From: Azolla caroliniana
Lineage: Eukaryota; Plantae; Polypodiophyta
Direction of reading: 5' to 3'
DNA: 64,000 nt
NCBI GenBank assembly: GCA_043228905.1
Contig: JBHGNT010000008.1
Span: forward strand, 14,508,001-14,572,000
Position 1 is the first letter of the stretch. Each line of letters begins with the position of its first letter. Both the position numbers and the translations under genes were made by a program. Positions 12,340 to 25,144 of this stretch are shown here, one piece after another. The notes below the pieces were generated by a model. The model was not told the DNA's origin, searched no databases, and saw only the letters and a program-made list of their open reading frames with translations.

Positions 12340-13232
12340 TAGAGGAGAGCATTCGCCCATCAATAGCTTCGACTGGGATAGGCTTGGACAACCGGACAAT
12401 AGGAAAGTTGTGTTTACGAACGAACGTTTCGTCCATAAAACACGTAATGGTGCCAGAATCGAGTAGTGCTAAGGATTGAATTGAAATAGACTAAAAACAG
12501 AGAGTTACCTCGAAGGAAAAGTCGTTAGTAAAACTTTGGGAGCAACATGTATGTCTGTTGTCCAACCGTATGGCTCCTACTGTAGTTGGACATCGTCATT
12601 TTCTGAATGTTGGGACCCACTAGTTGGATTGTCCTGATAGACTTGTCGCCGATTGCTTTTGAGTGGGCAAAAACGAATTAGATATAAACAAACATCGGAC
12701 ACTTACCTTGATGTAATGAATAACATATGGTAAGGCTTGTTCGACGCTAATCCGTATCCCCAAATGACGCCTGGAACTCTTCTAGGAAAGCAATTTTTTT
12801 TTCCAGAAGTGGGGATGATGTTTCAACCAAAGATGAGAACTAGCTTTGTGTAGCTCCCGAGAGGAGAGTCCCAACAAGTCCAACTCGGCAAAAATCATTC
12901 TCATATCTTTGGGGTTGTAGCCGGATAATAAGCTTGATATGATTTATGAACCCCTAGGATCGCGCCCTTGTGCCATCGAACTTGTCTGGTAAATGTTGGG
13001 TTCTATAGTTGAAGTGGGGTGAAGAGGAAATGGAATGAGGATTGATGAGGGGCCAAGCTCTACAATTCGGAGATTCCTTGATGTAGGAGTGCACTTGGGT
13101 TCTTCATTCTCCAATTCCATTGGAGTCCTAGCTTGGAGTTTCTGGAGAGATTCTCGAAGATTCTCATTTTCAAGTTGAAGTTGATGCATGGCTGCCAATA
13201 GTTGATTTATGTTGTCGGTAGAATTTGACATG
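12340..13232 (-). pseudogene. gag: G1 gag and protease start, degenerate
   Basis: MSNSTDNINQLL... gag start; protease ALLDSGT at ~12450-12470. Confidence 0.75.
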
Positions 13233-13675
13233 ATGAGGCTTTGGAGATGGAAGGTGAACAAATTGTCACAGACAAGTAGACGAGGTTCAATACTAAGAGA
13301 GTGAGAGAGAGATCATAAACAAGATAATAAGAAAGTGAGAGAGAAAGTATTCAAGAGAACAAGAACTGAATTATGATTCCGTAACTGGTGTTGTTCACCT
13401 TGACTAAGGCCAAGGTGAACCCCTGTATTTATACATGTTTATGGGCTCTAAATGTAGCCCCATGCAAAGACTCATTTTCATGCACAAGCTTCTAGAATGT
13501 TCTAGCTTCTAGAGCTTTCTGGAAGCTTCTAAAATCCTACGTGTAGAATAGATAATCTACAATAATCTAGTAACATGATTATGTATTGGATGTATTGGTT
13601 AAAACATATCGATTAAATATTTTAGGTCAAGAGTTCGAATCATGACATGACTGTTGTCATGTCCATGACATGCAT

Positions 13676-14400
13676 GGGGTATTGTTCAATATGTGCAAAC
13701 TTTAAGAGAGTAGCTAAAGGGGCAAAGAAGACAAAGGAGAAGGACATCAATAAGAAATTGTTACAGGACCATCGAGAAGCCCAAGCATTAGAGCAAAAGA
13801 GAACTATGCACTATAGGGACAAGTCATTGAACAAACTGGAGCAATACATATATCTAATGATTGATGTAATGGACCAAAAGGAGACATGTATACCTCACCT
13901 TAGACGGCTTCCTAAAGACGTCAACGATGAGTGTCTCATTTAGATGCACTTGGTGGATTGTTTGACTAATAATGGGACTGTTCAACCTTACGTGTTCATT
14001 ACTTACCCGAATGTCCACAACGATCCCAATTTAATAGTCATTGTGATTCAAAGGGTTTTGATGTCTTGGGGGCAACCCTTGCCCTTGGTTCTGTACAATC
14101 AATTGGGCAATATTGCTTCAGAGAACAAGAATTCAATAGTCTTCTACTATTTGAGTATGTTGGTGAACTAGGGAGTTTTAGGAAAGTGAAAATTAACTTC
14201 CTATTGGTTGGTCACACACATGACCATATAGATAAGATGTTCAACACATTCTCCAGGCAGTTATCACGATATGATGCTTTCACATTACCAAAGTTATTGG
14301 ACTTTGTGATGCATACACACCACGTCCAAATGTACAACACTTGAAGGAGATATATGAATTCAAGAGATACATCTCAGATGGTGGGGAGAGAATTCATGCC
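13676..14400 (+). pseudogene. Sola-like DDD transposase remnant (basal DNA transposon)
   Basis: CSIC, LMIDVMDQ, QLGNIASENKN and FLLVGHTHDHIDKMF motifs across three broken frames; superfamily assigned from motif recollection. Confidence 0.6.
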
Positions 14401-14658
14401 AAAGAACATTCATAACACATCATGCCTTGACATTAGTAAGGTGGTTATTATTGTTTACGACTTTATAGTAACAAATGCTAGATGTTTGAGGAAGTCAACA
14501 ATAGACATAATAAAGAAGAAATTACCGATTCTACAAGGGGTCTCAGGTGTCAGGAATAGTACTAAAACAGAGAGGGAATCAATACTAGAGAAGGGAAGTA
14601 CTATTAGTACTAAGAGGACTGACTGCGTAAGACTCACGAGAGAGGAAGAGAGAGAAAT

Positions 14659-14721
<63 letters not shown>

Positions 14722-15019
14722 TGATAATAGATGATATATTATGTGAAGAGTAAATACAAGATAACTATGAGGCTTAAGACCGGCGTTGAACCAATTTGGT
14801 TCAAAATAATGCCTTGTGCCTCCTTTTATAGTGTTCTCAGGAGTAGTCCTGAAGCTTCTAGAATGTTCTAGAGAAATCTGGAATATACATGAAGTTTCTA
14901 TAGTAAAACTTAAATGAAAATAATATCCTATGTATTACAATAGAAGTGTAATGGTCAAGAGCTCGACCCATATAACATAAGGTCATGGGTTCGAGTCTTG
15001 CCATATCATAACACTATCT

Positions 15020-17161
15020 CCCTTTAAAACGGCGAGTGATATGAGTTGGCGCTGATTGGGGACCAGGTTTGTCCGGATACTGTCGGTGGAAATCAACAAG
15101 AACATCTTGAGCATTGGCGACATGCTCGACGGGTTCCCAAGTACGTTCACTTGGACTGTAGCCGAACCAATCGACCAAATAATAAAGTTTGTTGCGAACA
15201 ATCTTGGAGTCGAGGATGGCAACAACTTCACCTCCGGGCCAACGTCCAACTCAAGCGGGGGGCGGTGGTGTGTGACATCATTAATCTTGTTGGTAATGCG
15301 GAAAGGACCGAGTCGTCGATAATCCAATTTTTTGCATGGTCGAGTAGTCTTGATGTGACAACGTAAGAGCCATACTCGATCTCCGATGGCAAAAGAGGAG
15401 GGAAGCCAATGACGATCTGCATAAGTCTTTTGTGAGTGTTAAGCATGAAAAAGATGAGTGGATAGATCCATCTGAATCTTGCGTAGCCTCTCCAAATGAT
15501 CATGGGGACGAGGATTGGTAGGTAGCTCTAGAGTGTCGATCACAGACCAACGAGGATGAGAACCGGTATAAGCGTAAAATGGGGAGACCCGAGTGGAGGA
15601 GTGAATAGCGTTATTGTAAGCAAACTCAACAAAGTGGAGAATATCAGCCCAATCGTCCTATTGATATCTCAAAAAACACCGAACATATTGTTTTAGCATT
15701 TGGTTTGTTCGTTCCGCTTGCCCATCAGTTTGGGGATGATAGCCAGATGAGAGTTTGCAAGAGACCTTGAGCATCTTGAAGAGATGCTTCCAAAATTTGG
15801 AGATGAATTGAGGTCCTTGGTCACTAATGATACTGTATGGGAGGCCATGATGCCGAAAAACCTCACGCATGACAAGGGCGTCGGTTTCCTCACTAGTGAT
15901 GGCCTTAGTACAAGGCACAGAATGTGCCATCTTAGTATATCGGTCAAAGACGGTTAAGATAGCATCGAAGCCGTTCGAGATTGGAAGATCTGTGATAAAA
16001 TCAAGACAAATGGATTGCCACAGCTTACTTGGAATTGGTAAGGATTCCAAGAAGCCATATGGATGATGTCGTGGCATCTTTGCTTGACAACAAGCATCAT
16101 AGGTCTGAACGTAGTCATTGAAAAAACGTCGCATATGGGGCCACCAAAAAGATCGTTGGACTAGATCCAACATTTTAGTACTACGGAAATGTCCACTTGT
16201 ATGGGTGTTGTGACAGTTTTGGACGATTTGAAGGCGATAAGAGCAATCGGGAACATACACGAGCTTTTTAAAGAATAATAAACCATCATGATATTTGAAT
16301 TTTCGGTAGTCCATACCTGGTTGTTGAGATTGGGATCAAGATGCCCGAGAGGCATGAATTTGCGCTAGAATGGCTTGAGCAAAACTGTCCGTCTTCAAAT
16401 TGGCACGTATGAGATTGATAGTCCGGGAATCCAGTGGAGTGTGAAAAATCTGCGTTGTGTGCAAACGTGTTGGTCCCAAGATTACCTGCTTTTGATTATC
16501 AAATGCTGGATCACTAGGAAGAGGTGCAAGATATGAGCATCGCGATAGTGCATCTGCTTTTCCTTGTTACTTCCCCGACCGATATGTGATTTTGAAGTCA
16601 AAACGCGTGAGGAATTGGGCTCACCAAGCTTGCCATCGATTTAGTACGCGAGCATTCTGGAAATAAGCAAGATTTTTGTGATCACTGAAGATGATGACCT
16701 GATGAGGAGAGCCCTCTAAGAAGTGCCACCATTGCACAAACGAATACACGATGGCTAATAACTCCTTGTCATGTATCTCATAATTGATTTCCGTGGCATC
16801 AAACTTGCGCGAGTGGAAAGCCACAATATGTAACTCTTCTTTATCTCCTTGTTGTGAAAGGATGCTACCGAGGGCGAAATTTGATGCGTTGGCCTCCATG
16901 ATGAATGGTTTGTTTGTATCCACATGAGCTAGAATAGGAGCTGATGTAAAGGCTTTCTTAAGATGCATAAAAGCCATGTTCGCTTCATTGGACCAAAGAA
17001 ATGATTGTCCCTTCTTGGTAAGCTATGTGAGAGGCAAAATAATCTTCGAGTAATCTTGTATTATCTTTTGGTAGAAGTTAGCGAAGCCTAGGAAACATTG
17101 CACATCTCGTAATGAACATGGAGTTTGCCACTCTAGCACAATTTTGACTCTAGTTGGATCC
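15020..17161 (-). pseudogene. pol: G3 RH-IN-chromodomain, fragmented
   Basis: HDKELLAIV, ICLDFITDLP, ISDQGPQF, YHPQTDGQ. Confidence 0.9.
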
Positions 17162-17574
17162 TGTCAGAACCAAGGATAAAAGAAGGATATTAGAGAACAC
17201 GAAAAGAAAGGAACCAAATATTAAGAGAAGAATGGATGTATAAGATAGAGAAAGAAAGAGAATGGATACAAGATATGTAATGAGAGCTAAAGACTGGTGT
17301 TGATTCGAATTGATTTGAGAATACATGTATGCCCTTATTTATAGGTTCCTATAGAATAGCTTAGAGATTTCTAGAATGTTCTAGAATGTTCTAGACCTAG
17401 AATGCTCTAGGACATTCTAGAACATTCTAGAATAATCTAGAGTTTTTACAATAATCAATGTAATACAAGAAGTAGCTTTTATTGTTTCATATAATAATAA
17501 GCTATCTTAATGGTTGAGGTTTTCAAGTATGGATTACAAGGTTTGAGGTTCAAGTCCGGGTGACGCCATAATGG

Positions 17575-20500
17575 TCATGTGTTCATGAAATTATCCCTCC
17601 TTCGAGAACGCCGAGTGGACGTTGGCGTTAACATTGTTGGGCCGGGCTTGTTTGGATAGTGACGATGGAAGTCTTTGACTAGAGCTTCAGCATTACAAAC
17701 GTTATCGATGGGTTCCCAAGTGCAATCACGCGGAGGATAGCCAAGCCAATAAACTAGATAATAAAGCTTATTGCGCACAATCTTAGAATCAAGAATAGCA
17801 ACTACCTCGTATTTGGGGCCGTCCACAAGTTGTACAGAAGGCGGTGGTGGCACGACATGATTAGGAATTAAAGGGGTGCGACAAGGTTCCAAAAGAGAGC
17901 TATGAAAGACAAGGTGAAGCCGCATATGTGCAGGAAGGTTAAGACGAAATGTTGCATCATTAATCTGCACCGTGATGAAAAAAGGACCTAAGCGTTGATA
18001 GTCAAGCTTAGCACACGATCGGGTAGTCTTGATGTGACGACGAAGCAACCATACACGGTCACCAACCTTAAACGGAGACTTAAGACGATGTTGATTGGCA
18101 TTGGTCTTATGGTGTGCTTGCACTTTCTGAAGATGTGACGATAACTCGAACTGGATTTGTTTTAGTCAGTGGAGGTGATGCGCCGCTCTAGGGTTTCATG
18201 ACACCTCGGGAAGATCCAATATACACCATTGAGGGTGGTTGATGGTGTAGGCAAAGAAAGGTGTAACTTTGGTAGAAGAGTGGACCGTGTTGTTGTATGC
18301 AAACTCGGCAAGATGTAAAATATTACTCCAATCATCTTGTTGATAACTAATGAAACATCGAAGATATTGCTCGAGCGTTTGATTTGTGCGCTCTGTTTGT
18401 CCGTCAGTTTGTGGATGATAAGCCGAAGAGAGTTTGCAAGAGATTTTGAGGCCTGCCCATAGGTGCTTCCAAAAGTGTGAGATAAATTGAGGACCTCGAT
18501 CGCTAATAATATCATTCGGGAGACCATGATGGCGAAACACTTCACGCATAATGAGATCTGCAGTTTCTTCACTATTGATGGTCTTTACACATGGTACAAA
18601 ATGTGCCATCTTGGTGAACCGATCCACTACTGTTAAAATAGTAGCAAAGCCTTTGGAAGGTGGCAGATCCGTAATGAAATCCATAGAAATAGACTGCCAT
18701 GGCTTGTTGGGAGGGGGTAATGGTTGTAGTAAGCCATAAGGGTGATGCCGGGGTACTTTGGCGCGACAACAGGTGTCACAAGTGCGAACATAATCTTCGA
18801 CAAATTTTTGCAAGTGAGGCCACCAAAACGAACGTTTCACCAGCTCAATGGTCTTGGAAATACCAAAATGTCCAGCCATGGGGGCATCATGACAATGTTC
18901 CAACACTTGAAGTCGGGGTGATCCGTTGGGGACGTAAAGGAGATTCTTGTAGAAGAGTAAGCCATCTTGCCACTTGAAGTCCTGATAATGTTGAGATGAC
19001 CCTGGCAATGTGGAGCAAGATGGACAACTTGAACCACAGTGGGCTAAGACATCCTTAGCAAAATCATCTGAATGAAGTTGTTGCCGAATAGTGTCAAGAA
19101 GGGTAGAATCAAGTGGCGTGGCATAAATTGTTGTTACCTGTAGCTTTGATGGCCCGAGGAGAGTTTTCTTTTGATTGTCAAAGGCCGGATCTCCAGGTCG
19201 AAGTGCTAGATACGAACGTCGAGACATAGCATCTGCTTTCCCTTGTTGTTTTCCAGGGCGAAAAATGATCTTGAAATCGAAACGCATTAGAAATTGGGCC
19301 CACCAAGCTTGTCGTCTATTTAATACTCGAGCTGTTTGAAAATATGTGAGATTTTTGTGATCACTATAAATGATAATCTGATGAGGTGATCCTTCTAGAA
19401 AATGACGCCATTGCTCGAATGAGTCGACCACAGCTAGTAACTCCTTGTCATGAACCTCATAATTGATCTCCGAAACAGTAAACTTTCTCGAGTGAAACAC
19501 GACTGGATGTGTCTGGCTGTCCTCGCCTGGTTGTGATAGGATACTCCCCAATGCAGAGTCTGATGCATCCGCCTCAATAGTAAATGGCTTTTCAGGATCA
19601 ATATGTGCTAGGATGGGTGCTGATGTGAATGCCTCTTTCAGCTGCGTAAAAGCCTTGTTCGCTTCGATACTCCAAAAAAATGCTTGATTTTTCTTGGTGA
19701 GTTGAGTAAGGGGCAACACAATGCTTGAATAATTATGTATGAATTTACGATAGAAGTTCGCAAATCCGAGGAAACACTGGACATCCCGAACTGACCATGG
19801 GGGTTTCCATTCCAATATTATTTGGACTTTTGCTAGGTCCATGAAAACACCCTGGGATGAAATAGTGTATCCCAAAAATTCGACTTGTTTGCAATCAAAA
19901 ATTAATTTCTCAAGTTTGGCATAAAGACCATACTTCTTAGGTGTTCAAGTACTTGCCGCACATGTATATCATGCTCCCCCTGTGTTTTAGAGTAAATCAA
20001 TAGATCATCTAGGTAGATGATTAGAAAAATATTCAAGAAATCCCGGAAGATGTCATTTGCCATATGTTGGAATACTACAGGTGCATTTGTGAGCCCGAAA
20101 GGCATGACTGTATACTCGAAATGACCATACCGAGTACGAAATGCTGTTTTCCACTCATCTCCCGGCCGAATTCGAACAAGATTATATGCACCCCTTAGAT
20201 CAATTTTGGTAAAATGCTTTGCCCCACCAATGCATTCTAAGAGATTGGAGATTAAAGGTAAAGCATACATATTCCTTATGGTGACTTTATTTAAACCTCG
20301 ATAGTCCATGACCAAACAAAGGGAGTCATCCTTTTTCTTCACAAAAAAGGTAGGAGCACCAGCTGGAGACTTTGAATGTCGAATAAACCCATGTGCAAGA
20401 TTTTCCTCGATGTATTCTCGAAGAACCTCAAGCTTAGTGGGTGATAAATTGTAAATCAGACCCCACGGTGGCTCTTTTCCTAGTTGGAGATCAATAGGAC

Positions 20501-21203
20501 AGTCGTACGATCGATGCTTTGGAAGAACACTAGCTTTGACTTTGTTGAAAACATCAACATAGTCTTGATATTTTTTGGGAATTTGGATGTCTGAATTCCC
20601 TTGAGTGACACTAGAAGGTGTCACTGACACTGCAAATAAGAAAAGGTCCTCCTTGCCTCCCACTTGGCGCAATTGTTGCAATGTGATGGCTGAAATTTGA
20701 TGAGAAGGATATGGTGCATCGGTAGAACTATATACTTTAGGAGGATAATCCCGAGTTCGATCCTTGACAATGATATTTTCTGCTAAAGGGCACCTAATTT
20801 CTCGCTTCCTCCAATCGATTCTAGGGTTATGTAGCTCGAACCATGGCAAATCGAGGACAATTGGATGCTCAGGACTACAGATTATGTTAAAGGAAACTAC
20901 ACATCCTAAATCACCCAAGAGTATGTGTATTGGCTCAGACTCTTCAAATATCTTCCCAGAAGCTATGGGGCGTCCATCAATCACTACTACGGAAACTGGA
21001 CAAGGAAGTGTATGCAAGGATATTTGGTGTTTTTGGGTAAAATCTTTATCCATGAAACAAGAATTGGCTCCAGTATCTAAGAGGGCTTGGACTTGAAGTT
21101 GACAACTAAGTGTCCTAACTTGTACTAGGGTTGAGAAGACTCTACTAACATGCTTGGAAGAAATGGAACCCACACTAGGTTGTACATATCTAGGGTTGTC
21201 CAA
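17575..21203 (-). pseudogene. pol: G2 pol (PR-RT-RH-IN-chromodomain) in three ORFs
   Basis: ORFs 19902-21203 (LLDTGA, YLDD), 18196-19875 (RH, HHCC, DDE), 17575-18123 (GPF motif, chromodomain). Confidence 0.95.
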
Positions 21204-21229
21204 CCAAATGGCTCCTATTTTGGCCGGAC

Positions 21230-22394
21230 TTATTCGTTTGACTCCTCTTCTAATTGGCTTAGGACTTCAAATTTATTGGACAAGGGTGGATTATTCATAA
21301 TATTAGATTCACTAACTGCTTCTAAAATGTTGGACTCATTTTTATTGTCATAGTGAATTTGATTTACCTGACGTCTCGGCCTACGGGAGCAATGAATAGC
21401 TATATGTCCTGGACCTCCGCAATATAAGCACAGATGGTTTGCTCGAAGACATTGCTTCTCTTCGTCTGACAACAATCCTCGTCGTTGAGTCATATCGATC
21501 TCCATGGGTGCAAGACTATCCATTGGGACTGGACTACGTGTTTGCCTTGGAGTTGGAGCAGGGCTATACATTTGCCTTGGGGAATGATTGCGCCGTTACT
21601 GATGCATAAGTTGGTGCGAATCTTGATCTTGTTATTTGTTGTTGTCGCTCACATCGATGCTCAAAAAGGCGATTATCACACTGTATTGCTCGACAAATAG
21701 CTTCTATAAGTGACCTTGGATCCTCGGGGAAGGTAAGAAGTAAGTCTTTGACATCACTACGAAGGCCTGAACGGAATTTCTCCATTAGGGCTTGTTCATC
21801 CCAAGGAATATCGCTTGCGATGAGACAGAAATTGGCAACATATGTCGAAGCTGGTTGATCACCTTCACGAAGTGTACGAATCTTGTTGATAGTTGTTCTC
21901 ACCCCATCAGTATCTCCAAAACAAGCCTTAAATTCCTTGATAAATTCCTCGAAATTATTCAGTAGAGGAGAATTGGTCTCTAGCAATGGAGCAAACCACG
22001 ACAACGCTATGCCAGTCAATAAGGTGCCCACTAGCCCGACTCGTGATGCATCTGTTGGATAACATGCAGGATGCATTTGAATCACCAACCGTACTCTATT
22101 CAAAAAACCTTAGAAATGCGCCCTTGACCCATCAAATTTAGCTGGGAGGCTAATTTTGGGCTCCTTGATAAGTCCCTGACCTTCAACCCTTTGTTGTTGT
22201 AACACTACGATTGTCGACTCTAACTGTTGCACTCGTCGCGTGAACTCCTCTTGTTGTTGTTGCTTCTCTATAGTAACCTTTTGTAGATCTCCAAGTAGAC
22301 GTTGATTCTCTACTTCAAGAGATGCGAACTTGGATTTAAGGTTCTCCATTTCTGCAACAAGGGTGAGATATTCTTCTGAGTTAATGGCAATCAT
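21230..22394 (-). pseudogene. gag: G2 gag (sushi/PEG10-like capsid plus CCHC knuckle)
   Basis: KFDGSR...ALSWFAPL; CLYCGGPGHIAIHC; one stop and one frameshift. Confidence 0.9.
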
Positions 22395-22427
22395 GGTTTC
22401 AAGATGGTTACAAAGGAGGATAAGAGA

Positions 22428-22485
<58 letters not shown>

Positions 22486-22942
22486 GAATCAAACTGTCAG
22501 AACCAAGGATAAGAGATAGAGTGATGGAAGAAGGATATTAGAGAACACGAGAAGAAAGGAACCAAATACTAAGAGAAGAATGGATGTATAAGATAGAGAA
22601 AGAAAGAGAATGGATACAAGATATGTAATGAGAGCTAAAGACTGGTGTTGATTCAAATTGATTTGAGAATACATGTATGCCCTTATTTATAGGTTCCTAT
22701 AGAATAGCTTAGAGATTTCTAGAATGTTCTAGAATGTTCTAGACCTAGAATGCTCTAGGACATTCTAGAACATTCTAGAATAATCTAGAGTTTTTACAAT
22801 AATCAATGTAATACAAGAAGTAGCTTTTATATTTCATATAACAATAAGCTATCTTAATGGTTGAGGTTTTCAAGTATGGATTACAAGGTTCGAGGTTCAA
22901 GTCCGGGTGACGCCATAATGGTCATGTGTTCATGATAGATCC

Positions 22943-25144
22943 ATGGAGATGCCTTTTGAGGAGATGACATAGCCTAGAAATTCCACTTGCTTGTAGTCAA
23001 AGCTACATTTCTCTAGTTTGGCATAAAGACCATGCTCTTGGAGTCGTTTTAGTACTAATAGTACATGAGAATCATGCTCTTCCTAGGTCTTTGAATAAAT
23101 CAATAGATCATCTAGATAGATGATCAAACAGATATCCAAGAGGTCTTTGAATATATGATTTGCCATGTGTTGGAAGACTACGGGTGCATTGGTTAGACCA
23201 AACGGCATAACGGTATACTCGAAATACCCATATCGGGTGCAAAAAGAGGTCTTCCATTTGTCTCCCGGTCGGATCCGCACAAGGTTATATGCTCCTCTTA
23301 AGTCGATTTTTGTAAAAAACTTGGCACCATTTACACGTTCTAAAAGACTTGATATAAGGGGAAGTGCATACCTATTCCTGATGGTTACCTTATTCAAGCC
23401 GCGGTAATCAACGATGAGACAAAGGGGTCCATCTTTCTTTTTGACAAAGAAAATGGGTGCACCGGCTGGAGATTTCGAATGACGAATAAACCTGTTTGCC
23501 AAATTCTCCTCTATGTAGGCTCGAAGGACCTCCAACTCGGTTGGTGACAAGTTGTAAATCGGTCCCCACGGTGGCTCTTTTCCTGGTTGTAAATCGATGG
23601 GACAATCATAGGGACGGCGATGAGGAAGAGTACCGTCTTTTACCTTGTCAAATACATCGGCATAAGGATGATACTTCGTGGGAAGTTGAACTAAGGATTC
23701 CTCTTTAATAGTGCTAGAAGGATGTACTGATATTGCAAATAGAAACATTGACTGTTTGCGTCCTTCTTTGCATAATTGATGGAGCGAAATGGTCGAAACT
23801 TGATGAGTAGATTCTCGAGGTTGTCGATACTAGAGTTCTCTTGTTCTCCAATCTATGTCTGGATTATGTAATTAAAACCAAGGTAATCCTAGGACAATGG
23901 GATGCTTCGGACTACTAATTATATTAAATGATACCACACACACAAAGCTATCTAGGACAACCTGAATGGGTTCTGACTCTTCTACGATATTCCCAGAAGC
24001 AATGGGACGACCATCAATGACTACTATAGATGCCGGGCAAGGAAGTTTCCTTAAGGATATCTGAGAAGCTTGGGCAAAATCGCGATCCATGAAACAGGAA
24101 TTGGCTCCGGAATCTAAAAGTGCTAAGATGTGTATTGGAGGGGTACTTTTAGTACTAACCATGACTTGGGCTAAGAACACATTGCTAACTTGCTTAGAGG
24201 GAATGGAACCACTAATGGGGTGCACAGATCTAGGGTTGTCCAACCAAACGACTCCTATTTTGGCTGGACTTAGTCGTTTAACTCTTCCTCTAATTGACTA
24301 AGGATTTCCAATTTGTTTGAGATACTTGGGCTATCAGTACTATTAATACTATCAGACACTCCTAAGGGAATTGACTCGGGTTTAGTACATGCTATGATTT
24401 GATTTACATGTCTTCTTGGCCTATGGGGACAGTTGATTGCAATATGCCCTGGTCCACCGCAATAAAGACATAATCGATTTGCACGTCGTCCTTGCTTTTC
24501 TTCTTCCGATAATGGGCCACGTTGACACATGGTGTCTATTTCCATCGGTGTCGGAGTATTTGCCTGAGATACATCTCGTGCAAACGGTTTTGTTGTGACT
24601 GAGGCATATGTGGGCTTTGGCCTAGTTCGTGGTATTTGTAATTGTCGTTCCGAACGTCGTTTAAAAAGGCGGTTGTCACATCGAACCGCTCAACTGATTG
24701 CCTCTGTGAAAGATTTTGGTTCTTCGGGGAAGTTTAAAAGTAAATCTTTGACATCGTTTTGCAGACCATAGCGAACTTGCTCCATTAGTGCTTGATCATC
24801 TCAGGGGATATCTGAGGCGAGTTGACGAAAATCCGCCACATAAGCAGAGGCTGGAGGATCGCCTTGACGCAATCGTTGGATCTTGTTGATCGTTGTCCTG
24901 ATGTTGTCGGTATCTCCAAAGCAGGCTTTAAAATCGCTAATAAAGTCTTCAAAGTTATTAAGCAAGGGATATTGTTTTTCTAATAGCGGAGTGAACCATG
25001 CCAAGGCTGAGCTGCTGAGTAACGTGCCTATTAAGCCTACTCGGGATGCATTAGTGGGGTATCGGGAAGGATGCATCTGAATGACTAAATGTACATGATT
25101 AAGGAATCCTCTGAATTGTGATCGTGTTCCATCGAATTTCACAG
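22943..25144 (-). pseudogene. gag-pol: G3 gag-PR-RT
   Basis: LLDSGAN, YLDD, CLYCGGPGHIAINC. Confidence 0.9.

Larger units (their letters stand above)
4575..13670 (-). mobile_element. Ty3/gypsy chromovirus G1 (Tf1/sushi, Tcn1-like) with nested inserts
   Basis: LTRs 4575-6115 (split by a MITE) and 13264-13670, TG..CA; TSD CGCAT/TGCAT; PPT at 6116-6128; gag-PR-RT-RH-IN-chromodomain remnants. Confidence 0.93.
17162..22937 (-). mobile_element. Chromovirus G2, near full length, inserted in G3 pol
   Basis: LTRs 17162-17590 and 22495-22937; perfect TSD GATCC; PPT GGAGGGATAA. Confidence 0.95.

Noticed and set aside
21230-22394. Domesticated PEG10/RTL-like gene
   Set aside because: Flanked by LTRs and TSD and disrupted; ordinary chromovirus gag
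24225-24260. Pseudoknot between loop UAGG and downstream CCUA at the frameshift site
   Set aside because: The ~3-nt linker looks too short to cross an 11-bp stem and the pairing is not kept in G1 or G4
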